64,000 nucleotides of DNA from Candidatus Nomurabacteria bacterium (lineage in GTDB: Bacteria; Patescibacteriota; Minisyncoccia; Phycocordibacterales; UBA918): positions 387,216 through 451,215 of the forward strand of contig JACKGH010000001.1 of assembly GCA_020632075.1 (NCBI GenBank). Direction: 5' to 3'. The notes under the pieces are model-generated. The model had not been told where the DNA came from, ran no database searches, and was given only the letters and a program-made list of their open reading frames with translations. A program made the position numbers and the translations under genes. Below, piece after piece: positions 16,964-26,555 of the stretch; within the stretch, counting starts at the first letter, position 1; every line of letters starts with the position of its first letter.

Positions 16964-17302
16964 TCAGTGACGCACAACGTATTGTACGAACAACTGGCGA
17001 CACGATTGGCCAGCACTGCAAAGCACACGTGCTGCCAATGGTGCAGTGTGAGTAAGAAGCCACAGCAGGGCTTGAAGCAGCATGAGGAGCGGCGAGCTGA
17101 TCAACCCAAAGCGTTCTTCGCCATAGATCAGTGCAGCGGTCACCGGCAGGATATCGATCCCGGTCAGTGATGAAACTGCCACCAATGCCAACACGGCAAA
17201 GTATTCAGGCTGTTTATTCACAAACAGCTCAACCCAGCCCATCAGGGCTCCAAACAAAAAAAGAACACCGGCGGTGAACGAAATCATGGTGTCCATCGTC
17301 AA
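16964..17302 (-). CDS. hypothetical membrane protein (112 aa)
   Basis: ATAGGAGGTT SD upstream of ATG 17302; multiple hydrophobic helices. Confidence 0.45.
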   Translation of the reverse strand: MTMDTMISFTAGVLFLFGALMGWVELFVNKQPEYFAVLALVAVSSLTGIDILPVTAALIYGEERFGLISSPLLMLLQALLWLLTHTAPLAARVLCSAGQSCRQLFVQYVVRH

Positions 17303-17397
17303 AACCTCCTATCTTGGTGAAGTATCAATTTCCAAGATAAAAATATGATACCAGAGATATATATGACTGTCAATATTTATCCACAATAACAGTAAAA

Positions 17398-17421
17398 GCC
17401 ACGTCTCCATCGAGACGTGGC
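17398..17421 (-). terminator. rho-independent terminator GCCACGTCT-N5-AGACGTGGC followed by T-run on minus strand
   Basis: 9-bp stem; TTTTACTGT after hairpin on minus strand; downstream of gene 17450..17746. Confidence 0.55.
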
Positions 17422-17449
17422 CATATTCCTCAAACGTCTTTACACCGTA

Positions 17450-17746
17450 CTATGCAGCACACGGTCGCAGGCGCGCTCGGCTCCACAAGCAGCGGACTAC
17501 TTTGCCTGCACTGTGACGCGCAGAAACCAAGGGATCCGGGTGAAGGTTGATCCACACTCCAGCACCCAACACTGCGATCGCAGTCAGGAGTAGCCACACG
17601 ATCGGATCTCGCAACAACGAGACCAACAATGCGACACCACCAAACCAGAGTACGAGCCCAACGATCAGCATGATGCCGAGCAGAGCCAGTACTCGATGGA
17701 AAGAACGTTCACTCTTTTCGATACTTTTGAGCAAGCTATCATTCAT
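17450..17746 (-). CDS. hypothetical small membrane protein (98 aa, 2 TM)
   Basis: ORF track 17450..17824; probable ATG start 17746 (MNDSLLKS) with GGGAGA SD. Confidence 0.4.
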   Translation of the reverse strand: MNDSLLKSIEKSERSFHRVLALLGIMLIVGLVLWFGGVALLVSLLRDPIVWLLLTAIAVLGAGVWINLHPDPLVSARHSAGKVVRCLWSRARLRPCAA

Positions 17747-17838
17747 AAAAAATGATCTCCCAAAAATCCAGACAACCAGCGTCTGGCGCTTTCTATACCA
17801 TACAACATTTTTGTATTTTTGCAAGTTACATACGAAAA

Positions 17839-17863
17839 GGCCGGCAAGCTATGCTTGCCGGCC
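17839..17863. terminator. GC hairpin GGCCGGCAAGC-TAT-GCTTGCCGGCC (hairpin family variant); terminator of gene 17875..19017
   Basis: 11-bp perfect stem; TTTTCGTA follows on minus strand just after the stop of the minus-strand gene. Confidence 0.6.
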
Positions 17864-17874
17864 GGGACACCTCC

Positions 17875-19017
17875 TTACGCAGCGACCCGCTGCGAGATAC
17901 GTTTGATGCGATACCGCAGAGCAACACCCGGTGCGAGTTCGAGCCGATTCCAATCTACCCGACCACGCGGCAGACGATAACCGAGTTCCCACTCGGCGCC
18001 TTTCATCCACGGCGCGACGAAGAGGTCTTCGGCACCGTAGAGGAAGAAGGCAGCTTCGTCTGCTCGGATCACAAACTGCACCAAGGGACGCAGCGTGTAG
18101 GTGAAGAGCTTCTGCCGCTCATAGGCAGCCATCAGGCCTTCGACCGAATCCTCGACCGGTGCATACGCACCCGAGAACTCCGGCAGCTCAAGCACCATTT
18201 CCATGGTACCGACCTCGATCGATTTGCTCTCGCCCACCGACTCGGTCGAGACCGACGGAGCTTTCACGCCTTCCGGCAGTGTGAAGCCGAGCGCTTCGAG
18301 GCGCTTTACTTCACTACGGTAGAACGAGGCTTCGTCACGCAGGCGCTCCGAAAGCATCTTCAGTCGCAAGTACGGCGCACCGTAAATGCTCTGCCGACGG
18401 TTCGGGTGCACATAGTGCTCGAAGTAGACGGTATTGCCAGTAAAGAGACCATGCTCGGTCAGGAACTTGTTCTCCTTGGCAGTCGGATCGAAGACGATCT
18501 TCTTCCAGCCGTCATACCAGTAGCCGTCGACATCGACCAGCATGTAGTTGCGATGCGCACCGGTCGATTCCCGCTCAGTGATTGGATCGCGTACCACGAT
18601 GGTCTGGTCGAAGAGGCGCACCGAGAACGAGAAGACGTCCCGATTGGACGTGAGGCCGGTCAGGGAACCAAACTGATTCTGACCGATCTTGCGCTCGTTC
18701 TCTTTGCGCACGCTCTGGCGACGGTTGGTGTACTGAGGGATCTCGACCACCGCCCGGCGCTCGACCAGCGGCACCAAAAACGACAGCAAGTCGAGGTCGG
18801 TGACCTGGAAGTTGCCAGCAGCGTCGAGCGCCGGGCGCGGCGAACGGCCGGCCCAACTCATGATCGCGCCGTCAACCAACGAGCGAACGAAGTCGCTATC
18901 GATGGCCTGACTGCGGTCCATGATCTTGGCAGCGGCAGTATCGGTACGCGTTGCGACGTCTTTGACGGTTTTGGCAACGAAGTTGGAACCACGAACAATT
19001 TTCTTTTGAGTGCCCAC
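17875..19017 (-). CDS. hypothetical protein (380 aa), locally GC-rich
   Basis: Protein-like composition versus R/H-rich junk in the overlapping 510-aa + ORF; bracketed by terminator hairpin and 359-bp promoter region; hand GC count of two 60-nt lines about 58% vs about 42-52% in neighbours. Confidence 0.6.
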   Translation of the reverse strand: MGTQKKIVRGSNFVAKTVKDVATRTDTAAAKIMDRSQAIDSDFVRSLVDGAIMSWAGRSPRPALDAAGNFQVTDLDLLSFLVPLVERRAVVEIPQYTNRRQSVRKENERKIGQNQFGSLTGLTSNRDVFSFSVRLFDQTIVVRDPITERESTGAHRNYMLVDVDGYWYDGWKKIVFDPTAKENKFLTEHGLFTGNTVYFEHYVHPNRRQSIYGAPYLRLKMLSERLRDEASFYRSEVKRLEALGFTLPEGVKAPSVSTESVGESKSIEVGTMEMVLELPEFSGAYAPVEDSVEGLMAAYERQKLFTYTLRPLVQFVIRADEAAFFLYGAEDLFVAPWMKGAEWELGYRLPRGRVDWNRLELAPGVALRYRIKRISQRVAA

Positions 19018-19334
19018 TTAGCACCTCCATTCATGACAGTGATAGAATCCCCGCATCGGGTCTGTCCGAACCCTCAACACAACCTAATAACATCAAGTTG
19101 TTCCGGGTCGTCGCGACAAAAAATTTGGCTGCAACACTACGCTTCGTCTGCACTGAACTTGAGTTCACTACAGACTCCAGCTTGTGTCTCGCACAAATTT
19201 TTTGCCGCTTGGGACACCGGTGAGACTTCGTTCAAACCCTCAGGACGTTCGTGTTCAGCTGTGTCACTTCTTTGGTATCTGTGAAGAACTGAACTGTCAT
19301 GAGGATATTTCGAAATGCACTTTTTTGTTATTTG

Positions 19335-19373
19335 TTGACGAATTTCGACAAATTGCTATAGTACGTCGAAACC
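19335..19373 (+). promoter_or_regulatory. promoter TTGACG-N16-TATAGT for TrmB-family regulator with flanking inverted repeat TTTCGAC ... GTCGAAA
   Basis: Hexamers and 7-bp IR bracketing the -10 read directly; ATG only about 8 nt after predicted TSS. Confidence 0.4.
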
Positions 19374-19376
19374 ACT

Positions 19377-20132
19377 ATGGAAAAACTAACTACCATCCTT
19401 GGACTACTTGGACTCGCTACGCCTGAGCAGACCATCTACCTTTCCCTACTCCGCGAAGGTCAGTCCACTGCGCGCATGCTCGCTGCGCGCACAAGCATCA
19501 CTCGCCCATCGGTATACGACCAACTCAAATTGCTTCGCGGTAAAGGGCTAGTGGTCGAACTCGACATCGACGGCAAGACCTACTTCTCCCCCACCAACCC
19601 AGAGCAGCTCATCGTGCTTATGGACGAGCAGCTCGACGAACTCGAGTACGGCCGCGCAACTCTCAAGCAGAATCTTCCTGCTCTCCTCTCGTCACTCGAC
19701 CTCGTACAGCCAAAAGTGCGCTTCTTTGAGGGTCGAGATGGTGTCCAACAACTCATGAAAGACATGCTCTGGCACAACGACATAGAACTACAGATCTGCT
19801 GGCCGCACGACGCGATGCTCACCGTGCTCGGATCAGATTTCTTGCAGTGGTTCAATGAACGCCGCCAGAAACGACACATCACACTCAAGACCATTTGGCC
19901 ACAGAGTAACAAGAAGCAAGCGACGCAGACCTTTACTACCGACGCATCAGATGTAGAGCGACGGTATCTTTCGAGCATTCCCACTGACGGCATGGGATAC
20001 ATCATCTATGCAAACAAAGTAATGTTCATCAGTTCGAGCAAAGAAGCATTTGGCTTTGTGGTTGATAGTGCTGAATTTGCATCATTGCAACGACTCCAAT
20101 TCACCGCACTGTGGGAAAAGGCAAAATCGTAA
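19377..20132 (+). CDS. TrmB-family transcriptional regulator (N-terminal winged HTH + C-terminal TrmB-type domain)
   Basis: N-terminal LGLATPEQTIYLSLLREGQSTARMLAARTSITRPSVYDQLKLLRGKGLV matches TrmB/winged-helix pattern; 251 aa. Confidence 0.65.
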   Translation: MEKLTTILGLLGLATPEQTIYLSLLREGQSTARMLAARTSITRPSVYDQLKLLRGKGLVVELDIDGKTYFSPTNPEQLIVLMDEQLDELEYGRATLKQNLPALLSSLDLVQPKVRFFEGRDGVQQLMKDMLWHNDIELQICWPHDAMLTVLGSDFLQWFNERRQKRHITLKTIWPQSNKKQATQTFTTDASDVERRYLSSIPTDGMGYIIYANKVMFISSSKEAFGFVVDSAEFASLQRLQFTALWEKAKS

Positions 20133-20256
20133 AAGAGCCCTAAAACATTGACATTTTTAATATTTTAGTGTATAAATTTACACAAACGAGCATGGCTTCG
20201 CCTTGCTTTCCTGTTCCAAACCTGTTCATCAAAAGTTAAGAAAAGGAGAATCAAAG

Positions 20257-21750
20257 ATGGTACTCATTGCACCGCCAGTGTACCTGTTCCCCATTATGTG
20301 GCTCGTTTTTGGAGCCGGTGTGCTGGGGATGTTGTTTCGTTGGCACCTGAAGACATCGACCATCGTAGGCGTTGTGGCAGGTTTCCTGCTCTTCGCCTTG
20401 TTCGCTCACTACGATGACCCGTACCACGTGTACTGGGGTGTTACCGCTGCGTTCGTGCTCGGGCTGACCGGCATGGCTGTGAGTAAACACTTCAACATCT
20501 ACATGCTTGGGCTAGCTGCCGGAGTTTCATGGCTGCTGATCTTCATGACAACAGATGATCATACGCCGATCATGACTGCTCTGACTGACGTCAAGAACAG
20601 TATCACGGAACTCAACACGTTTTTAATTATGATCATGTTCGTGGTCGAGGCTGGTGTCCACATGGGCATCCTTAGCCCGATCTTGACGATCATTAACACA
20701 AACAGCAAGCGCACATTAATGATCATCATTGGACTGATGAGCTTTATCATGTCTGCAGTACTCGACAACCCGACTACTGCTGTTGTCATGGGTGCACTGT
20801 TGACTCAGTTGACCACCCGACCCGAAAACCGCTTGGTCTTCCTGGCGATCATCATTGCCGGCGCAAACGCTGGCGGCATACCGTCAGCTATCGGTAACAC
20901 AACCTCGCTCTTCCTATTCATGGGAGGACAGATCACGATTGATGCAATGTTCTTACATCTGATCGTACCATCGCTGGTATACATGCTGGTGATCTTCGCT
21001 TGGTTCTGGTTCAAACTCAGCGGCAACGTCGAACGACCAGTCCCTAATGAGCTGGATCCTCACGCGCTAGAGCAATCTCAACAGTTTCACCTGAAGACCT
21101 GGCAGCAGTTACTGCTCCTTGGGCTCGTACTGTCTGGCATTGCACTGATCGTGATTACGAAGCTGGTGTATCACTACGAGCCGTGGCTGGCAGGGATCCT
21201 GGTGTTCTCGATCTGGGGTATCTTGACCGGCAAGTTTCACGTTATTAAAGGTCACCATTTCGTCGAAAAGTTTAACGTGAAGAGTGCGCTGAGCGACGTC
21301 GATTTTGAAACGGTCGTAAAGTTCGCTTTCCTTATTGCTCTCGTGGGTGCCGCAAACTATGTTGGGGTCTTGAGAGATGTTGCGAACCTACTCGTCAACA
21401 CAATCACAGAACACGGTAGCGAAGATCTCGTCGCACCAGGCATTGCCCTCCTCGAAGGCATCGTCTCGGCGTTCATGTCGAACAGCGCACTCGTCGCTTC
21501 AAACCAGGCTATGTTTGGTCTCGATCAGTATCCAACCAACCACATTTTCTGGCTGATGCTGAACTACACCACCGGCGTAGGTGGGGCCTTCCTGCCGATC
21601 GGCACCGCGGCTGGGATGATCCTAATGTCTCGTTTCCACTCGGTTCTCACCATGGGTGCGTACATCAAGATGACGATCATTCCGTTTTTCCTCGCCTACG
21701 TGGCAGGCTTCGCCGTACTGTACGCTGACTATCTGATCAATATCTCCTGA
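20257..21750 (+). CDS. polytopic membrane transporter, ArsB/NhaD permease superfamily-like
   Basis: ORF track 20203..21750; likely ATG 20257 with AAGGAG SD; about 12 TM; SAVLDNPTTAVVMG motif resembling SAxLDNxT of ArsB/NhaD-type permeases. Confidence 0.55.
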   Translation: MVLIAPPVYLFPIMWLVFGAGVLGMLFRWHLKTSTIVGVVAGFLLFALFAHYDDPYHVYWGVTAAFVLGLTGMAVSKHFNIYMLGLAAGVSWLLIFMTTDDHTPIMTALTDVKNSITELNTFLIMIMFVVEAGVHMGILSPILTIINTNSKRTLMIIIGLMSFIMSAVLDNPTTAVVMGALLTQLTTRPENRLVFLAIIIAGANAGGIPSAIGNTTSLFLFMGGQITIDAMFLHLIVPSLVYMLVIFAWFWFKLSGNVERPVPNELDPHALEQSQQFHLKTWQQLLLLGLVLSGIALIVITKLVYHYEPWLAGILVFSIWGILTGKFHVIKGHHFVEKFNVKSALSDVDFETVVKFAFLIALVGAANYVGVLRDVANLLVNTITEHGSEDLVAPGIALLEGIVSAFMSNSALVASNQAMFGLDQYPTNHIFWLMLNYTTGVGGAFLPIGTAAGMILMSRFHSVLTMGAYIKMTIIPFFLAYVAGFAVLYADYLINIS

Positions 21751-21777
21751 TCTCCATCGCGCAACGCGATAGCAAAA

Positions 21778-21803
21778 GCCCCGACTCTCGTCGGGGCGTT
21801 TTT
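21778..21803. terminator. bidirectional terminator GCCCCGAC-TCTC-GTCGGGGC + TTTTTATTT
   Basis: 8-bp GC stem with T-run (plus) and A-run (minus read); between convergent transporter and response-regulator genes. Confidence 0.65.
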
Positions 21804-22215
21804 ATTTCTCTTTCTTGTCTCCTGTCTCTAGCTCTTTTTCGACTCGCTCCACGATCTCACTGAGTGCCATCTGTGCCTTGACCAAGAAATCATGCGCGCC
21901 GAGGTCTTTGGCTTTTTTAATATCAGTAGGCTCAGCCAAGTTCGATAGCACCAACACCGGAATATCACTCAAGTGCACACTTTGCTGCAGTGTCCGCAAG
22001 ATCTCAAAACCGTCAATATTTGGTAACACCAAGTCGGTCAAAATGATGTCTGGCTTATCCTCCTGCATGTGATCAAAGGCGGTCTGTGCATCTGGACAGC
22101 CAGTAACCACATATCCAAGTTCAGTGAAGTTTTCAGACAACGCTTCAAGCAGCATACTCTCATCTTCGATGATCAGGATCTTTTTGGGAGTTTGTTTCAT
22201 ATTCGTAACACTCAT
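21802..22215 (-). CDS. single-domain response regulator (CheY-like receiver)
   Basis: KILIIEDE, DIILTDLVLPNIDGFE (phospho-acceptor Asp region), PVLVLSN, K near end; no output domain. Confidence 0.75.
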   Translation of the reverse strand: MSVTNMKQTPKKILIIEDESMLLEALSENFTELGYVVTGCPDAQTAFDHMQEDKPDIILTDLVLPNIDGFEILRTLQQSVHLSDIPVLVLSNLAEPTDIKKAKDLGAHDFLVKAQMALSEIVERVEKELETGDKKEK

Positions 22216-22277
22216 TACTTATGACTGTCATTCTACCCTGTGCCGCAAGATAGTAAAACCAGTCCGCTCGAATAGGT

Positions 22278-23723
22278 CTAGTATCGTCGCCAGAAGTATG
22301 GCGTAAACAACATAAGAACCGTAAACAGTTCCAGTCGGCCCACGATCATCAGGCCCGAGAGATACCACTTCACTAAATCTGGCAACTGCGAGTAGTCGCC
22401 AACCGGGCCGACCTCACCGAGACCGGGACCAATATTCCCCAGCGTAGCAGCGACTGCACCAAAGGAAGTCGGTGTATCGATCCCAAACAAGAGCAGTACC
22501 ACCACCGACACTACCGCAATAAAGATGTACAACATAACGAATGCGATCACTCGATACAACACCGACTGCGGGACCAGCTTGCCGTTGAAACGAACCGGCA
22601 AGATCGCATCAGGGTGTAGCTGTTTGCGGAATTCTAAAAATGCGTCTTTAAAGAGAACCAGATGTCGCATGACCTTCACTCCTCCTGCGGTCGATCCTGT
22701 CATGCCGCCGACAAACATTAAAATAAACAAAATGTAGACCATCGGTGCCGCCCAGACGTAGTAATCAGCAGTCGCAAAACCAGTGGTGGTCACGATCGAC
22801 ACTACTTGGAACAATGCATCACGAAAGGCATGTTCGATCCCGGTACCGAGCGTCACTCCAAAGAGCCATAAGACCAAGGTTGCACCCACTACCACATACA
22901 CGTAGTAGCGAAACTCATCATTACGAAACAGCGCCGTGATCTTGGTGAACAGTGCAGTGTAGAGGAGCGCAAAGCTCGTCCCCGCTAAGAACATAAAGAA
23001 GATCACAATGTACTGCAGGTGCGGCGCAAAGGCAGCCATGCTCGCTTGTTTGGTTGAAAAGCCGCCAGTAGAAAGCGTGGTGAATGCGTGATTGATCGCA
23101 TCGAAAACAGACATGCCACCAAGCCACAAAAAGAAACCGAGTGCAAACGTAAGTACCACATACACCACCCACATGATCCCGGCAGTTTCTTTAATGCGTG
23201 GAGTGAGCTTGTCGACTGTTACTCCAGGCGATTCAGCATTGAAGAGCTGCATACCGCCAATCCCCAAGAGCGGCATGACTGCGATCATAAGCACTACAAT
23301 TCCCATTCCGCCGATCCACTGTGTCAAACTTCGCCACAACAAGATACTTTCTGGCTGCACCTCGATCGCGGTCAGCACTGACGCACCAGTCGTGGTAAAG
23401 CCAGAGACCGATTCAAAGAATGCATTAGCGAGCTGTGGGATAGCCCCTCCAAAAAGATACGGTAAAGCACCCATAAGGGAAAGGAGAACCCAACCACCGG
23501 TGACGATCAGATAGATGTCTCGTTTGTGGAGTTGGCGCTTACCACGGTTTGGCAACCACAGTGCAAGCCCGCACACAAACACCAACACGGCCGACACCAA
23601 GAACGCTGCGAATTGTCCATCGCCCCGGTACAAAGAATAGAACAGAGGCAGCAGCATGAACGAAGCCTGCAATAACAAGAGGATCCCTAGTATTTGCACA
23701 ATGGCTCGGACATTGAATGACAT
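22278..23723 (-). CDS. trkH: potassium uptake protein TrkH/KtrB family
   Basis: Multiple TM with repeated selectivity-like TTGF/TGGF/GG motifs (SGFTTTGASV, TTGFATAD, LSTGGFSTK). Confidence 0.85.
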   Translation of the reverse strand: MSFNVRAIVQILGILLLLQASFMLLPLFYSLYRGDGQFAAFLVSAVLVFVCGLALWLPNRGKRQLHKRDIYLIVTGGWVLLSLMGALPYLFGGAIPQLANAFFESVSGFTTTGASVLTAIEVQPESILLWRSLTQWIGGMGIVVLMIAVMPLLGIGGMQLFNAESPGVTVDKLTPRIKETAGIMWVVYVVLTFALGFFLWLGGMSVFDAINHAFTTLSTGGFSTKQASMAAFAPHLQYIVIFFMFLAGTSFALLYTALFTKITALFRNDEFRYYVYVVVGATLVLWLFGVTLGTGIEHAFRDALFQVVSIVTTTGFATADYYVWAAPMVYILFILMFVGGMTGSTAGGVKVMRHLVLFKDAFLEFRKQLHPDAILPVRFNGKLVPQSVLYRVIAFVMLYIFIAVVSVVVLLLFGIDTPTSFGAVAATLGNIGPGLGEVGPVGDYSQLPDLVKWYLSGLMIVGRLELFTVLMLFTPYFWRRY

Positions 23724-23725
23724 AC

Positions 23726-25072
23726 TTAGAGCATATTTTGAAACGCATCACGCACAGCATTGTGGCACGCAACAATGACCCGATCGTTTGGCTGGAAAAT
23801 ATATGAGGGATCAAGCTCAACCGGTTTGTTTTTGCGCAGCACCCCACCGATCACCACTTCGCTCTTTGCAATGAGTTCAATGCTCTTTTGGGGCATACCG
23901 GTGATCGGCGATCTGTCCTTCACTAAGAATTCGAAGATCTCCATATCGAGACCCGGGATACTCGCCACTGAAAGTACGTTACGCTTCTTTACATGACGAA
24001 AGATAAAGTCTGCCGCAATGTACTTTTTATTGATAAGCGTATCGACACCGAGCTCGTACGCGCCTTGCAAATAGTGTACGTCTTTCACAAACGCGATCGT
24101 ATGTCTGACACCGTGCTGTTTGGCGATCAGACATGAAATGATGTTGAGCTCTGGATTGCCGGTCGCAGCCACGATCGCGTCCATCTCATCGACGTCATGC
24201 TCTTCTAAGAACCCCGATTCTTGCATGTCGCCATGAATGACCAACGCCTCCGGCAAAAAATCTGCTAACTCCTCAGCAACTGATTTCTTCCCCTCTACCA
24301 TTGTCACCTGGTAGCCCTTTGCCTGCAGCCGTCTGGTCGTCTCAATCCCCGCGCGACTACCACCAAACACCATCGCTCGCTTGCGTCGACGTGTTTGTCC
24401 AGACTGTACTTTCGCCATCTTATGGAGACCGCCGGAAGAAGCTATGAAGTACAGATGATCAGTCTCTTTAAGCGGGAGGCGTTCGCTAGCATGATAGGTC
24501 ATACCATCACGCACGAGTGCGATCGGCTCTACCCCGGCCGCCCGATACTTGCGGGCAATTTGCTGCAATGTATGACCGATCAATGTACTGTACGCCGGGA
24601 CGATCAAACCAGCCAAAAAGTATTTCCCATGCTCAAATTTTACCAACTGTGAAAACGCCTGTGTATCGAGCAACATCGCGACCTCATCGGCAGCAAGCGA
24701 ATCCGGTGACACGATCTCATCGATACCGAGTCCAGCGAAATCAAACACATCATCGTGCAAGATCAATTTCGAATGACGCACACGAGCGATCACTCGCTTC
24801 GCACCAACCCGCTTGGCTAAGATCGCGGTCATGAGATTAAGCTCTTCACTCTCGGTCACGGACACAAACAGATCAGCTTTAGCCGCGCCTACTTCCATCA
24901 GATTGTCATATGAAAGTGCGTTACCCCGAAATGTCGCAACGTCATGCTTTTGTGCCAGACGCTCAAGTTTTTCTGCACTCTTGTCGATCACGCTCAGCTC
25001 GTGTCGCTCAGCAGAAAGCTGTGCAATGAGAAATGTGCCTAGGTCGCCGGCACCCGCTACTACGATGCGCAT
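23726..25072 (-). CDS. trkA: potassium uptake protein TrkA (two RCK/NAD-binding domains)
   Basis: MRIVVAGAGDLG Rossmann motif, second RAMVFGGSRAG Rossmann, 448 aa; 2-nt gap to trkH. Confidence 0.85.
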   Translation of the reverse strand: MRIVVAGAGDLGTFLIAQLSAERHELSVIDKSAEKLERLAQKHDVATFRGNALSYDNLMEVGAAKADLFVSVTESEELNLMTAILAKRVGAKRVIARVRHSKLILHDDVFDFAGLGIDEIVSPDSLAADEVAMLLDTQAFSQLVKFEHGKYFLAGLIVPAYSTLIGHTLQQIARKYRAAGVEPIALVRDGMTYHASERLPLKETDHLYFIASSGGLHKMAKVQSGQTRRRKRAMVFGGSRAGIETTRRLQAKGYQVTMVEGKKSVAEELADFLPEALVIHGDMQESGFLEEHDVDEMDAIVAATGNPELNIISCLIAKQHGVRHTIAFVKDVHYLQGAYELGVDTLINKKYIAADFIFRHVKKRNVLSVASIPGLDMEIFEFLVKDRSPITGMPQKSIELIAKSEVVIGGVLRKNKPVELDPSYIFQPNDRVIVACHNAVRDAFQNML

Positions 25073-25121
25073 AGAAGTTTGTACACTTCATTATAACGCC
25101 GCGCCGAAGGCTGCTTCAATG

Positions 25122-26468
25122 TTAGTTGGACACAGTGGAGCTAGTATTATCATTCAACGTGTACCAATCAAGATTGCGAGTGATAAACATGACCGTCGCC
25201 AGGACTCCAAAGAGTAGGACCGAACCAAACAGCAACGCATACTGATCCATTTGCAGCAGGATGTACAAGTAACCATACAATGCAGTGAGCAGGGTTGCGA
25301 TCGCTAGAGCACGCTTCTTAGCTTTAAGTACACTGAAACAATAGCCAGTAATGAGCAGCGTGGTCGCGATCATCGCCACCAAGTACGCCGGCAGAAATCC
25401 GATCACCTCAGCAAATGAAAGGAGGAGTAGATAAAAGAGCGCAATCGCCAGACCGACCAGGAGATACTGCACTGGATGGATCCGCAAACCGGCAAGCACC
25501 TCGTACATGAAGAAGGTCAAAAACGTGAGGCTGATGAAGAGTATTGCGTACTTTGTGGCGCGGTCGACCATAGTATAGAAGTCGACTTCCTGGAACAGGC
25601 TCACTCCAAACGCTTTTGCTTGCAGCGTTTCGTTGCCGTCAACCGCGCCACTGCCCAACCAGTACTGCGGGAGATTCTTCCCGTATGAAGTAACGTTCCA
25701 AGTCGCCTCAAAACCTTGCTCGGAGACCGTACGGTTCTCAGGCAAAAATTCTCCACTGAAGCTTGGTGCACTCCAGTCTGAACTAAGTGTCACGGCAGTA
25801 TTTTCTCCGAGTGGAATGAATGAGATCGACTGACTTCCCTTCAGCGGCAGCGCGAATGAAAATTGGCATGTCGCCTGACTTGGGTCGATCGTGACCGGAG
25901 TATGTACGCCGACAGTGTCGAGCGTTAAGAATTCAGAAGACGGTAACATCTTGTACTCTTTTTCTCCAAAGCTGAGTGGAAACGAAGACGTGATACCGCG
26001 CGTATCGGATACATTCAGCGAGAGGACTGCCTTGTCCCATAAGACCTTTGTATCTGCCGATGATCCCAGATCGATGACTGATATGTCGAAGCTACCGACC
26101 CCATTCACTGTCGTGGTGTAGACCGGTGTTTCATACACCCCTCTTGTGAGCAACTGGGTGCCGATCTCACTCTGATACGAAAGGTCCTGTGGCAGTAGCG
26201 TGAGGGTGGTCGTATTGACCACACGTTCACCCGTAGTGGTAACAGCTGTCTTTTCAACCGGAATTGTAATGACCGGACCAGCGATCGTCTGTGGCCGACT
26301 CCACTGTTCAGACACTTGATCTGACGCATCTCTTTGGGTGCTTTCTCGTTCTTGGACAATATTCCACACGAACATAGTGGCGACCCACGACACAAACACA
26401 AGTGCAGCCAGCACAATAAGCTTGGTTGTTAACTGACTCTGAAGCTTCGGTCGAGGAATTTCTCTCAT
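25122..26468 (-). CDS. creD: CreD-like inner membrane protein
   Basis: N-terminal TM, large extracytoplasmic domain, C-terminal cluster of TM helices (KYAILFISLTFLTFFMYEVL...HPVQYLLVGLAIALFYLLLLSFAEVIGF) matching CreD architecture. Confidence 0.6.
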   Translation of the reverse strand: MREIPRPKLQSQLTTKLIVLAALVFVSWVATMFVWNIVQERESTQRDASDQVSEQWSRPQTIAGPVITIPVEKTAVTTTGERVVNTTTLTLLPQDLSYQSEIGTQLLTRGVYETPVYTTTVNGVGSFDISVIDLGSSADTKVLWDKAVLSLNVSDTRGITSSFPLSFGEKEYKMLPSSEFLTLDTVGVHTPVTIDPSQATCQFSFALPLKGSQSISFIPLGENTAVTLSSDWSAPSFSGEFLPENRTVSEQGFEATWNVTSYGKNLPQYWLGSGAVDGNETLQAKAFGVSLFQEVDFYTMVDRATKYAILFISLTFLTFFMYEVLAGLRIHPVQYLLVGLAIALFYLLLLSFAEVIGFLPAYLVAMIATTLLITGYCFSVLKAKKRALAIATLLTALYGYLYILLQMDQYALLFGSVLLFGVLATVMFITRNLDWYTLNDNTSSTVSN

Positions 26469-26525
26469 AGTATTTGGTATTTACACATATTCATACTTCC
26501 CTTCTTGCCATTTAGTTACGAAAAC

Positions 26526-26549
26526 AGCCGCTCGATAAATCGAGCGGCT
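26526..26549 (-). terminator. rho-independent terminator AGCCGCTCGA-TAAA-TCGAGCGGCT
   Basis: 10-bp perfect stem directly downstream of minus-strand gene 26556..27269. Confidence 0.6.
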
Positions 26550-26555
26550 CTGTGA

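Noticed and set aside
17875-19017. Idea that the GC-rich 380-aa protein is a phage major capsid protein / prophage remnant
   Set aside because: No capsid motifs recognisable by eye, and no neighbouring phage genes. The tailspike-like gene is 20 kb away in an EPS context. Left as hypothetical.
17752-19284. 510-aa + strand ORF
   Set aside because: Arg/His-rich, no SD, and it spans an intergenic hairpin plus the whole GC-rich minus-strand gene 17875..19017. High GC suppresses stops on the antisense strand. Minus-strand ORF preferred.
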